Assembly: GCA_026397255.1 (NCBI GenBank) | Contig: JAPLVF010000014.1 | Location: 1-59,023 of the forward strand | Source: Candidatus Beckwithbacteria bacterium | GTDB taxonomy: Bacteria; Patescibacteriota; Microgenomatia; UBA1400; CG1-02-47-37 | Length of the DNA: 59,023 nucleotides | Reading direction: 5' to 3' | Shown here: positions 42,349 to 51,267 of the stretch, one piece after another | Layout of the letters: every line of letters begins with the position of its first letter | How positions within the stretch are numbered: position 1 is the stretch's first letter | Program-made: the position numbers and the translations under genes | The notes under the pieces: generated by a model | What the model saw: only the letters and a program-made list of their open reading frames with translations | The model's database searches: none | What the model was told of the DNA's origin: nothing

Positions 42349-43422
42349 ATGAACAAAGTCATTAATTTAAATAATCAAAGCGAGTGGTTGACGTTTGACG
42401 ATGTGTTATTGCTGCCGAATTATTCGGAAGTGACGCCTTCAAAAACGGATACAACAACTAAGTTAACAGAAAAAATTAAATTGCCAATTCCGATTTTAGC
42501 CTCACCGATGGACACAGTTTGCGAATCAGCGATGGCCCTCCGTTTAGGTAAAATCGGCGGGTACGGCATTATCCATCGTAACTTATCAATCGAAAAACAA
42601 GTGGGCGAATTAAAATTGGTTTTAAAAGCAGGGGTAAAAGCAGGAGCGGCGGTTGGGGTAGGGGTGGATTTTAAAGATAGAGTGGCGGCTTTAATTAAAG
42701 CCGGGGTGAAGGAGATTTGTGTGGATTCGGCCCACGGCCACACGAAACACGTTATTGAGGCAATTAAAAAGATAAAAATATTCCACTCCGGAGTGGAAGT
42801 AATTGCCGGCAATGTGGCTACTTATGAAGGCGCTGATGATTTATTTAAAGCCGGCGCGGCGGCAGTCAAAGTAGGGATGGGGCCGGGTTCGATCTGCACC
42901 ACCAGAATTATGTCCGGCATGGGAGTGCCGCAGTTGTCAGCGATTGTGGCTGGGGCCAAAGCGGCTAAAAAATATAAAAAAAGCATTATTGCCGACGGCG
43001 GTATCCGTACCAGCGGAGATCTGGTGAAAGCTTTGGCGGCCGGAGCGGCTGCAGTGATGCTGGGTTCTTTATTAGCCGGGACTGACGCGGCGCCGGGGAA
43101 ATTAGTCACTTATCAAGGTAAAAAATATAAAACTTACCGGGGAATGGGTTCGGTTGGAGCGATGAAGCAAGGGAGTGCCGAACGTTATGGTCAGAAAAAA
43201 ACCGATAAAATCCTGGTGGCGGAGGGGGTGGAGGGATTAGTAGAATACAAAGGCAAGCTGGAAGATTTTGTTTACCAGTTAGTCGGCGGGTTAAGATCAG
43301 GTTTAGCCTACCTGGGAGCAAAAAACTTAAAAGAATTGCGGCAAAAGGCCAAGTTCATCCGGATTTCCCGCGCCGGCGTGTATGAATCCCGGCCGCACAG
43401 CATTTTGCTGCTTGACAGGTAA
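42349..43422 (+). CDS. guaB: IMP dehydrogenase lacking the CBS (Bateman) subdomain
   Basis: [33 protein letters not shown] (catalytic Cys), IADGGIR and the IMPDH flap [15 protein letters not shown]...VAEGVEG. Only 357 aa. Confidence 0.85.
   Translation: MNKVINLNNQSEWLTFDDVLLLPNYSEVTPSKTDTTTKLTEKIKLPIPILASPMDTVCESAMALRLGKIGGYGIIHRNLSIEKQVGELKLVLKAGVKAGAAVGVGVDFKDRVAALIKAGVKEICVDSAHGHTKHVIEAIKKIKIFHSGVEVIAGNVATYEGADDLFKAGAAAVKVGMGPGSICTTRIMSGMGVPQLSAIVAGAKAAKKYKKSIIADGGIRTSGDLVKALAAGAAAVMLGSLLAGTDAAPGKLVTYQGKKYKTYRGMGSVGAMKQGSAERYGQKKTDKILVAEGVEGLVEYKGKLEDFVYQLVGGLRSGLAYLGAKNLKELRQKAKFIRISRAGVYESRPHSILLLDR
42772..42806. repeat. 35-nt segment with the perfect 18-nt palindrome TTCCACTCCGGAGTGGAA (family C copy 2) inside guaB
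   Basis: See 40082-40116. Encodes FHSGVEVIA. Confidence 0.85.
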
Positions 43423-43440
43423 AAAATAATCGATTATTTT
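43412..43440 (+). promoter_or_regulatory. Sigma70-like promoter TTGACA-17-TATTTT overlapping the guaB stop
   Basis: TTGACA at 43412-43417, TATTTT at 43435-43440. Confidence 0.45.
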
Positions 43441-43451
43441 GGAAGTAGATT

Positions 43452-43477
43452 AGGGCTAAGGAAGCCCTATTTTTTTT
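43452..43477 (+). terminator. Hairpin AGGGCT-AAGGA-AGCCCT plus U8 (guaB terminator and/or attenuator of the downstream operon)
   Basis: 6-bp stem at 43452-43468, T-run at 43470-43477. Confidence 0.5.
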
Positions 43478-43495
43478 CTGCCAAAGGCGGACAAG
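43471..43495 (+). promoter_or_regulatory. 25-nt leader motif TTTTTTTCTGCCAAAGGCGGACAAG (copy 2)
   Basis: 24 of 25 nt identical to 36883-36907. Followed by GGGCAG, AAAGGAGGT and then ATG 43515. Confidence 0.7.
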
Positions 43496-43514
43496 GGGCA
43501 GAAAGGAGGTAAAA

Positions 43515-43694
43515 ATGGTTAATTCAGAGAGGTTATTACCAGATCCTCCAGTTCCACAAGAAGCAACACCGGCGGAAACACATTCCAGACTAGAGTATTT
43601 GTCGCCAGAAGTACGGGAAAGATTACAAAAGCTCGCTGAAACTAGGGGGGAAGCGGCGGCGGCGGCGGAAACCGTGGGATTGATGGATGCATAG
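43515..43694 (+). CDS. Small ORF (59 aa) with a near-perfect Shine-Dalgarno, first cistron of the PRTase-guaA unit
   Basis: Own translation: MVNSERLLPDPPVPQEATPAETHSRLEYLSPEVRERLQKLAETRGEAAAAAETVGLMDA. AAAGGAGGT lies 5 nt upstream. It is below the track cutoff. Confidence 0.45.
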   Translation: MVNSERLLPDPPVPQEATPAETHSRLEYLSPEVRERLQKLAETRGEAAAAAETVGLMDA

Positions 43695-43713
43695 TTTTCC
43701 GCTATAATTAAAT

Positions 43714-44319
43714 ATGGCGAATGAGTTAGCTTTTTTAAAGCAGGAGTTTTTAAGGGAAGCGAAAGTCATTGATGCAACAAGAGGTTATATTTCAGTCGGC
43801 TCTTTTAATTTGCGGATGAAGCCGGAGGTGTTAAAGGCAGCAGCCCGATTAATCGCCAATGTTTTTAAAAACGATAAGATTGATACGGTCCACGGCATTC
43901 CTCATTCCGGCAATTATTTGGCAACGGCAGTGGCTCTGGAATTGGGAAGTAAAGTCCGGTTACACAGTTCACGTAAAGACCAGAATATTCCGACCAGCTG
44001 GAAAGATGTTTATCGTCAGGAAGTGCGGTCGTTTACGACTTCGTCCGGCGGGGTGGATGTTTTTTCCGGGATTAATTTATCTTTTGTGAAAAAAGGCGAC
44101 CGGGTGCTCTTATTGGACGATGTTTGTGCCAAAGGGGAAACCGGTTATAGAATTGTTAAAGGCTTGTTGGAGCGGGGAGTGAAAGTAGTCGGATTTGCGG
44201 TTTTATTTGATAAAGTTTTTCAGGGCGGATTAGAGCAAGTGCAGACTTTGGGGGTGAAAGTATTTTCCTGCGTGAGGGTAAAAAGTATCGACAAGAATGA
44301 TCAGGTGAAGTTGTTATGA
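43714..44319 (+). CDS. Type I phosphoribosyltransferase (purine/adenine-PRT-like)
   Basis: PRPP loop VLLLDDVCAKGETG. Overlaps the guaA start (ATGA). Confidence 0.7.
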   Translation: MANELAFLKQEFLREAKVIDATRGYISVGSFNLRMKPEVLKAAARLIANVFKNDKIDTVHGIPHSGNYLATAVALELGSKVRLHSSRKDQNIPTSWKDVYRQEVRSFTTSSGGVDVFSGINLSFVKKGDRVLLLDDVCAKGETGYRIVKGLLERGVKVVGFAVLFDKVFQGGLEQVQTLGVKVFSCVRVKSIDKNDQVKLL

Positions 44320-45800
44320 TTATTGTCATCGATTTTGGTTCGCAAACAGCCCATTTAATTAATCGAAGAATCAGGGATTTGGGAGTAGAGAGCCGGGTCG
44401 TCAGTTATAAAATAAGCCTTGAAAAACTTAAAAACCTTAAGGGAATAATTTTATCCGGTGGGCCAAGCTTTGTAAACTTGCCTAATTCGCCGACAATTTC
44501 CAAAAAAGTATTTAGCTTGGGGGTGCCGGTTTTAGGGATTTGTTACGGCATGCAGCTGATGGGTAAAATTTTAGGCGGCGAGGTTGGCAAAGGAAAAAAT
44601 AAAGAGTTCGGTGTGGTTGAGGTAGATCTAAAAAAATCTAAGCTGTTTAAAGGAATAAACGGCAAACAGCAAGTGTTAATGAGCCATGGCGATCAGGTGT
44701 TAAGACTACCGCCGGGATTTATTAATTTAGGTTCGTCTAAAGATGTGCCTAATGTCGCCATGGGTAAGGAGAAGCTTTTAGCGATTCAATTCCATCCGGA
44801 AGTAATCCACACAAAGAACGGGATAAAAATTCTTAAAAATTTTATTTTTAATATTTGCCTGGCGAGGAAAGACTTTAATCAATTAAAGTGGCAGAAAAGT
44901 GAAATTAAAGGCAGGGCAATCTGCGGTTTATCCGGCGGAATAGATTCGTCAACCGCGGCGGCTTTAGTTTATCAGGTAATAGGACGACAATTAAAATGTG
45001 TTTATGTGGATACTGGTTTAATGAGATTGGGGGAAACAGTCCAAATTGAAAAAGATTTTAAGAAATTTTTTAAAGAAGATTTAATTATTATCCGGGCGGA
45101 AAAGCAATTTTTAGAAGCCTTAAAGGGAGTGGAAGAGCCGGAAGAAAAAAGGAAAATAATCGGTAATTTATTCATTAAATTATTTGAAGCGGAAGCCAAA
45201 AAATGGGGAGCAAAATGGTTAGTCCAGGGGACGATTTATCCGGATGTGATTGAGAGTGCCCCCACTTCGCTAAAGCTACGTGGGGTTTCTGCTGAAACAA
45301 TTAAAAGTCATCATAATGTCGCTGGGTTGCCGGAAGAAATGAAGCTGAAATTAATCGAACCGCTGCGGGATTTATACAAGGATGAAGTGCGGCAGTTAGC
45401 CGCAAAATTGGGTTTGCCTAAAAATATTATTAAGCGTCAGCCGTTTCCCGGACCGGGGTTGGCCATCAGAATCAGGGGGGAAGTCACTAAGGAAAGATTA
45501 GATCGCTTGCGGCAGGCGGATAAAATTTTACAGGAAGAAATCAAAGAGCCGGTTTGGCAGACTTTTGCAATTTATGTGCCGTTAAAAACTACCGGGGTGA
45601 AAGGTGACGGTCGCAGTTTTGAAGACATGATTGCTATCCGTTCGGTGACTGCCAAAGATGCGATGACGGCCGACTGGACGCGTTTGCCCTATAAATTATT
45701 AGCTAAAGCTTCGGCTAGAATTGTCAATGAAGTAGCGGGGATTAACCGGGTGGTTTATGACATTACCACCAAACCGCCGGCAACAATGGAATGGGAGTAG
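44316..45800 (+). CDS. guaA: GMP synthase (glutamine-hydrolysing)
   Basis: GATase GICYGMQL and FHPE, PP-loop SGGIDSS, and IKSHHNVAGLP. Confidence 0.95.
   Translation: MIIVIDFGSQTAHLINRRIRDLGVESRVVSYKISLEKLKNLKGIILSGGPSFVNLPNSPTISKKVFSLGVPVLGICYGMQLMGKILGGEVGKGKNKEFGVVEVDLKKSKLFKGINGKQQVLMSHGDQVLRLPPGFINLGSSKDVPNVAMGKEKLLAIQFHPEVIHTKNGIKILKNFIFNICLARKDFNQLKWQKSEIKGRAICGLSGGIDSSTAAALVYQVIGRQLKCVYVDTGLMRLGETVQIEKDFKKFFKEDLIIIRAEKQFLEALKGVEEPEEKRKIIGNLFIKLFEAEAKKWGAKWLVQGTIYPDVIESAPTSLKLRGVSAETIKSHHNVAGLPEEMKLKLIEPLRDLYKDEVRQLAAKLGLPKNIIKRQPFPGPGLAIRIRGEVTKERLDRLRQADKILQEEIKEPVWQTFAIYVPLKTTGVKGDGRSFEDMIAIRSVTAKDAMTADWTRLPYKLLAKASARIVNEVAGINRVVYDITTKPPATMEWE
45259..45286. repeat. In-frame hairpin element (family D copy 2) in guaA
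   Basis: CCCCACTTCGCTAAAGCTACGTGGGG encodes APTSLKLRGV in the variable loop before IKSHHN. Confidence 0.5.
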
Positions 45801-46520
45801 CTAAAATTTTCCAATAATGCCGGTCAGCAATTTGGACATGTTCGGAGCGGCTTTGGCGGATTCGGCCAGCACCTCGCCGTGGGAGTGTTTGACAAAAGCC
45901 AGATTAGTGACAAAGGTTAGGCCGAGAACCTTCATGCCTAAATAATTAGCCATAATTGTTTCCGGGACATTACTCATGCCGACGACGTCGGCACCCATGG
46001 CGATCAACGCCCGCTTATCCGCCGGCGTTTCATACTGCGGGCCGTGACAATAAGCGTAAACACCGCGATGGCAACGCAACCTTAATTTTTTAGCCTGCTT
46101 TTCGGCTAGTTTAATTAATTGAAGATTAAAAACTTGGGACATATCAACAAATTTCGGGCCGACTAAGGGAGTTTGGGAGAGTAGAGTAATAATGTCCGAC
46201 AAGACCACAAAATCCCCAACGCGATATTTAGGGTTAAGCCCGCCGACAGCATTGGTAATAATTAAATTTTTAACACCAAGTTTTTTTAAATATTGAATTG
46301 GCCGGGTGACTTGTTGGGGAGAATAGCCTTCGTAAAGATGGAATCGGCCGGACATAATTAAGATCTCCTGATGTTTCAGGCGGGCGTGAATCAATTCGCC
46401 GCTATGGCCGGGAACAGTCGATTTTAAGTGAAAAAGCTTTTGGTAAGATTCGCGTTTGAGAATGACGACTTGGTTAATGATTGCGTTCCAGCCGCTGCCT
46501 AAAATTAAAGCCGTTTCCAT
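45801..46520 (-). CDS. Purine nucleoside phosphorylase (PNP family 2, PunA/MTAP-like)
   Basis: VPGHSGEL, GRFHLYEGY, TNAVGGLNP, HGPQYETPAD and VGMSNVPE. The start at 46520 (METALILGSGW) is preferred. Confidence 0.85.
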   Translation of the reverse strand: METALILGSGWNAIINQVVILKRESYQKLFHLKSTVPGHSGELIHARLKHQEILIMSGRFHLYEGYSPQQVTRPIQYLKKLGVKNLIITNAVGGLNPKYRVGDFVVLSDIITLLSQTPLVGPKFVDMSQVFNLQLIKLAEKQAKKLRLRCHRGVYAYCHGPQYETPADKRALIAMGADVVGMSNVPETIMANYLGMKVLGLTFVTNLAFVKHSHGEVLAESAKAAPNMSKLLTGIIGKF

Positions 46521-46548
46521 AATAAATATTTTAACATATAATAAATCC

Positions 46549-47190
46549 ATGCGTTTTAAGCCAAAGATGATCACGGTTGTCGGCAACATCGGTTCGGGAA
46601 AAACAACAGTGTCGCCGATTATTGCCAAAATGTTAAAGGCGAAACACGTGGACGCGGATAATTTATTTCAGACAATTGATCCGTTCCGGGAACTGTATTT
46701 GAATGATGTCAAAAGGTGGGCATTGGCCAATGAGCTGTGGTTGACTTTGGAGCGGGTAGTTTTGGTCAAAAAGTATCTGCGGGCAAATAAAGATAAATTA
46801 TTGGTGGTCGATTCCGGCCTCTTGATGAGCTGGGCGTATACCCACGGCCATTTTTTGGCCGGGACGATGACAAAGGAAGAATGGCAGCTTTACCGCCGGC
46901 TGTTTGATAAAATTGCTATCAATTTATTTGCCAGCTCGTTGGTGGTGGCCTTGGACTGTTCGGTTCCCACTTTAATTAAACGAATTAAGAAGCGTGGTCG
47001 GGGATTTGAACTGAAATATTATAATCCGACCTATTTAAAACAAATTGACAACGGCTTAGTCAAATTAAAGGAAAAACTGGAAAGAAAAAAAATTAAAGTT
47101 GTCAGCTTGACAGAAGACGAGGTGAAGCAGGATAATAACGGAAAAATTGAGATGAGTCAGGCTTTAAAAGTAATTAAGCAAGCGATTTAA
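46549..47190 (+). CDS. Deoxynucleoside kinase (dAK/dGK family)
   Basis: P-loop MITVVGNIGSGKTT. ATG at 46549 lies 6 nt after TATAAT (46537-46542), and only 28 nt separate it from the divergent PNP gene. Confidence 0.8.
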   Translation: MRFKPKMITVVGNIGSGKTTVSPIIAKMLKAKHVDADNLFQTIDPFRELYLNDVKRWALANELWLTLERVVLVKKYLRANKDKLLVVDSGLLMSWAYTHGHFLAGTMTKEEWQLYRRLFDKIAINLFASSLVVALDCSVPTLIKRIKKRGRGFELKYYNPTYLKQIDNGLVKLKEKLERKKIKVVSLTEDEVKQDNNGKIEMSQALKVIKQAI

Positions 47191-47191
47191 T

Positions 47192-48745
47192 ATGCCAGCG
47201 GAACAAAGATCAGGACAGCCAGAGGGGTCTTTGACCACTGTTTTTGGTCACTCTATTTTAAAAGATTTGGCTGAAATTGTATCTCACAACGAAGCCTGGG
47301 AAGCGTTAGGCGGAAAAGTTGAATCAGAAGTTAAAGTTAAGTGGTATGCCGGAGAATTTATTCATCAAGTATTGCCCCGTGCCAGACTGTATGGTTCAAG
47401 ATTATTCGATCAGGTTTTACCACAAGGATTAAGAGAGAAAATGTACGACCCGTTTTATAGCGATCATGATGTTAATCATAGTTTCCGGGTAACTCAAAAT
47501 GGCAAAGTTCATTTAATATTTGACCCGAGAGTAAGGAGTTTAGATAATTATCAGGATAAAATTGATGTGGCGATTAGTTTAGGAGCGATTTGGCCAGATC
47601 ATGATTGTTTACAAGTGGATTCGACTTTACCAGAGCGTAAAAGACTGGGACATGATCAAATCGGCGGCCGTTTTTTTATACCCGGATTGATGTGGTTGGG
47701 GAATTTATTAGGTAAGACCACTTATACCGACAGACAGATTGCTTTAGCAGCTTATGCGGTGGCTAATCATGAGCTGGAAAGTAAGACTATGAAGATGGTT
47801 GACTTTTCCAGACCGGCAGAGTTGATCAAGTCTTACGAAAAAATTTTTGGCAAAAGCTTAACTGAAGTTTATCCTTCTTTAGGTCAATTAGAAAAAAGCT
47901 TGGCCGCTTTTGGGGTGAATTTATGGTCGTTAGAGTTAGACTTTTCCCATATTACTGAATTAATGGCAGAGTTGGTCAGAGGCCATTTAACGGCGGCAGA
48001 TGTGCGTGACCAAGTGGCACCGCCGTCATTTGCAGCCTTAAGGGCAATCAAGGCGATTCCCGGCAGACAATATTTATCTTTGTCAAAACAAATTACAGAT
48101 TATTATACGTTTGTCGATAGAATAGTTGATGGATACAATCCGGAAAGTAAAGATTTTGAGGATGATACTTTACGGGCGGCTTATGAAACCTGCCGTAGTT
48201 TTGAAGATACTACGGGTTTAACTCCTTTTGCCCAATCCTGGCTAAGATATTCTCAATTAAAACGGGGAAATTATCACATTAAGTTTGCCAAAGATATGGT
48301 TTTGATTAGCCGTCATAATTTAAAAGCCACGACGTTATTCAGTAAATCTTTAGAATTAACTCATGAGCTTCAGAAAGAATTGTGGTTAGAATATAGTGAG
48401 AAAACAGAAGAATTAACAAAAGCTTTAACCAGAATAGCGGCAATGAATTTTGATGATCTAAATAAAGTTATTGATGGGAGATTAGATATAAGATTAGCCA
48501 ATCCTTATATGAGAAAGATTGGTATTTATGTTTTGCGTCAGTTTTCCAGCCAGGCAGTCAGTTTGCTTAATAAATATATTTTGATGACGAAGCAGCCAGG
48601 ATTTAGTCCCAGCGATTTTGTGTCCAGAGTGGAAAAAGTAATGAGTTATGCTCAACAAAAAAGTAGATTCTTTACAACAGTTGTGCCTAGAGAAATTTTA
48701 GATTTAAAAATGAAGAAATTAACCGTTGATTACTCGAATTTTTAG
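47192..48745 (+). CDS. Large hypothetical protein (517 aa) with a possible HD-type metal-dependent phosphohydrolase motif
   Basis: ..SDHDVNHSFRV.. then about 40 aa later ..AIWPDHDCL.., then GHDQIGG and VANHE. This pattern fits H...HD...H...D but is unverified. Confidence 0.4.
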   Translation: MPAEQRSGQPEGSLTTVFGHSILKDLAEIVSHNEAWEALGGKVESEVKVKWYAGEFIHQVLPRARLYGSRLFDQVLPQGLREKMYDPFYSDHDVNHSFRVTQNGKVHLIFDPRVRSLDNYQDKIDVAISLGAIWPDHDCLQVDSTLPERKRLGHDQIGGRFFIPGLMWLGNLLGKTTYTDRQIALAAYAVANHELESKTMKMVDFSRPAELIKSYEKIFGKSLTEVYPSLGQLEKSLAAFGVNLWSLELDFSHITELMAELVRGHLTAADVRDQVAPPSFAALRAIKAIPGRQYLSLSKQITDYYTFVDRIVDGYNPESKDFEDDTLRAAYETCRSFEDTTGLTPFAQSWLRYSQLKRGNYHIKFAKDMVLISRHNLKATTLFSKSLELTHELQKELWLEYSEKTEELTKALTRIAAMNFDDLNKVIDGRLDIRLANPYMRKIGIYVLRQFSSQAVSLLNKYILMTKQPGFSPSDFVSRVEKVMSYAQQKSRFFTTVVPREILDLKMKKLTVDYSNF

Positions 48746-48769
48746 TGTGTTATACTTAAAAAAAGATTT

Positions 48770-50059
48770 ATGGATCAGATTTTTAAGATAATAAAAAAGG
48801 AGAAACAAAGACAGAGGGAGGAGTTGGAGCTGATCCCCTCGGAGAATTTTGTTTCAAAAGCAGTAATGGAAGCGGTCGGGTCGTGCTTAATGAATAAATA
48901 TGCGGAGGGTTATCCGAAGAAACGTTATTATCAGGGAAATAGAAATGCGGATGAGATAGAAAGCTTATGCCAAAAACGCGCTTTGCAAGCCTTTGGCTTA
49001 TCTGACAAGGAGTGGGGAGTGAATGTTCAGCCGCACTCCGGTTGCGAGGCTAATTTGGCAGTTTACAATGCCTTGCTTCAGCCGGGGGATAAAATCATGG
49101 CGATGTATTTGCCGGACGGCGGACATTTGTCCCACGGCTGGTCGCTGCCTAACAAAAAAGTGACTTTAGTGTCGAAGATTTGGGAGGTCCAGTTTTACCA
49201 TGTTAACCAAAAAACTGAAGTTTTTGATTATGACCAGATTGAGAAGCAGGCGTTAAAATTTAGGCCCAAATTAATTATTTCCGGCGGGACAGCTTACCCG
49301 CGGACGATTAACCATAAACGAATGAGCCAGATTGCCAAAAAAGTGAGGGGTTATTATTTGGCGGATATTGCCCACGAGGCGGGTTTGGTGGTAGGCGGAG
49401 CACACGCCTCGCCGTTTCCTCATGCCGACGTGGTGACTTTCACGACCCACAAAACTTTGCGGGGGCCAAGAGGCGCAATGATTATTGGAAGGATTGATTT
49501 AATTGACAAAATTAATTTTTCAGTGTTTCCCGGGCTACAAGGTGGGCCGCATCTGCACACGATTGCCGGAATCGCGGTCGCTCTTCGTGAAACTCAGAGC
49601 AAGCCCTTTAAGAAGTATGCTTGGCAAGTGGTTAAAAATGCTAAGGTATTAGCGCTGGATTTAAAAAAAGGTGGTTTAAAGATTGTTTCCGGCGGGACAG
49701 ACAAGCATTTGGTGTTAATTGATTTACGTAACAAAAATCTGACCGGTTGGGTGGTGGCCTGGGCATTGGAAAAAGCGGGGATAATCGCTAACCGTAACAC
49801 CGTGCCTTACGATACCGGTTCAGCGTTTTATCCCTCGGGATTACGCCTCGGGACACCGGCCTTGACCAGCCGGGGGATGAAAGAAGAAGAAATGAAGCAG
49901 ATTAGCCAGTGGATTTTAAGCGTAATTAATTACCTTAAAGATAAAAATTTAGCTAATGATAGAGATACGCTCAAAAAATTATCCCAAGATAAATTTTTAC
50001 AAAACTTAAAAGCCAAAGTAAACGCATTGGCCAAAAAATACCCCTTGCCGGGAAAATAG
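48770..50059 (+). CDS. glyA: Serine hydroxymethyltransferase
   Basis: LIPSENF, VQPHSG and TTHKTLRGPRG (PLP lysine). Confidence 0.95.
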   Translation: MDQIFKIIKKEKQRQREELELIPSENFVSKAVMEAVGSCLMNKYAEGYPKKRYYQGNRNADEIESLCQKRALQAFGLSDKEWGVNVQPHSGCEANLAVYNALLQPGDKIMAMYLPDGGHLSHGWSLPNKKVTLVSKIWEVQFYHVNQKTEVFDYDQIEKQALKFRPKLIISGGTAYPRTINHKRMSQIAKKVRGYYLADIAHEAGLVVGGAHASPFPHADVVTFTTHKTLRGPRGAMIIGRIDLIDKINFSVFPGLQGGPHLHTIAGIAVALRETQSKPFKKYAWQVVKNAKVLALDLKKGGLKIVSGGTDKHLVLIDLRNKNLTGWVVAWALEKAGIIANRNTVPYDTGSAFYPSGLRLGTPALTSRGMKEEEMKQISQWILSVINYLKDKNLANDRDTLKKLSQDKFLQNLKAKVNALAKKYPLPGK

Positions 50060-50073
50060 ATTTAAATTATACT
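50045..50073 (+). promoter_or_regulatory. Candidate rpsB promoter TTGCCG-17-TATACT
   Basis: TTGCCG at 50045-50050 (inside the glyA 3' end), TATACT at 50068-50073. Confidence 0.4.
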
Positions 50074-50102
50074 AATTATTCTAATTTACCTAATTAACCT
50101 AA
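50062..50102 (+). promoter_or_regulatory. 41-nt AT-rich element shared with 18451-18491 (upstream of rpsB, ending 3 nt before the ATG)
   Basis: TTAAATTATACTAATTATTCTAATTTACCTAATTAACCTAA. Confidence 0.7.
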
Positions 50103-50105
50103 ATA

Positions 50106-50807
50106 ATGACTAAAAAAACTACAGAATATAAGATCAGTTTAAAGGAGCTTTTGGAGGCTGGATGCCATTTTGGCCACCAGGCGCGGCGTTGGAATCCAAA
50201 GATGAAGACATATATTTATGCTAAGCGTGAAGGGGTGCATATTTTTGATTTAGGCCAGACGGCCAAAAAGCTCGAAGAAGCGATGAAGTTTGTCCGGGAT
50301 TTAGTGAAAGAAAAAAAACAGCTGGTTTTTATCGGGACTAAGCGTCAGGCGGCGACGGTGATTAAAGAAGAAGCTGTCAAGTGCAGTATGCCTTACGTGG
50401 CTGTCCGCTGGCTGGGCGGGATTATTACCAATTGGGAGCAGATCAAAAAAAGTGTGGATAAAATGATGGATTTGGAAAAACGGAAAGCAGCCGGAGAGTT
50501 TAAGAAATATACCAAGCGGGAAAACGTCTTGATTGACCGGGATATTGATAAGTTAAACCGGTTTTTAGGAGGGTTAAGAAATTTGATACAACAACCCTCG
50601 GCTATTTTTGTGGTGGATATTAAAAAAGAAATTGCGGCGGTAAGGGAAGCCCGGAAAAAAGGCATCACGGTAATCGGTATTGTGGATACAAACGTCGACC
50701 CGGAATTAGTGGATTTAGCGATTCCGGCCAATGATGACGCAGTGGCCTCGATAAAATATATTGTTGGGAAAATTAGTCAGGCGGTAGTAGATGGCAGTAA
50801 AAATTAA
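50106..50807 (+). CDS. rpsB: 30S ribosomal protein S2
   Basis: LLEAGCHFGHQARRWNPKM, and VVD...E..AV.EA.K.GI.VI.IVDTN. Confidence 0.95.
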   Translation: MTKKTTEYKISLKELLEAGCHFGHQARRWNPKMKTYIYAKREGVHIFDLGQTAKKLEEAMKFVRDLVKEKKQLVFIGTKRQAATVIKEEAVKCSMPYVAVRWLGGIITNWEQIKKSVDKMMDLEKRKAAGEFKKYTKRENVLIDRDIDKLNRFLGGLRNLIQQPSAIFVVDIKKEIAAVREARKKGITVIGIVDTNVDPELVDLAIPANDDAVASIKYIVGKISQAVVDGSKN

Positions 50808-51249
50808 GGCTAACCAGATTAAAAAAATCCGGGAAGAGACCGGCGCTGGGGTAATGGAAATTAAAGGAGCCTTAGAAGAAGCCAAGGGCAGTGAAACCAA
50901 GGCCAAAGAAATTTTGGCAAAGAAAGGATTGGAAAAAGTGGCCAAGCGGGCCGATAAGGATACTAAAGAAGGTCAGATTTATGCTTATGTCCACAGCGGC
51001 GGCCGGGTAGCGGCCATGGTAAAAATTTTATGCGAAACCGATTTTGTCAGCCGAAGCGAAGAGTTTCAAAAATTAACCAAAGAATTGACGATGCAGGTGG
51101 CCAGCATGGATCCGAAAGACATTAAAGATTTGTTAAAACAGCCTTACATCCGCGATGCCAAAAAAACAGTAGCGGATTTGGTGAATGAGATGGCGGCCAA
51201 GTGCAAAGAAAGGATTACAGTGAAAGAGATTGCCAGAATGAGCCTTTGA
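50791..51249 (+). CDS. tsf: Elongation factor Ts, short form (152 aa)
   Basis: IKKIREETGAGVMEIKGALEEA (UBA-like N-terminus) and YVHSGGRVAAMVKILCETDFV. Confidence 0.85.
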   Translation: MAVKIKANQIKKIREETGAGVMEIKGALEEAKGSETKAKEILAKKGLEKVAKRADKDTKEGQIYAYVHSGGRVAAMVKILCETDFVSRSEEFQKLTKELTMQVASMDPKDIKDLLKQPYIRDAKKTVADLVNEMAAKCKERITVKEIARMSL

Positions 51250-51267
51250 TGTTAGATTGATATCAGT

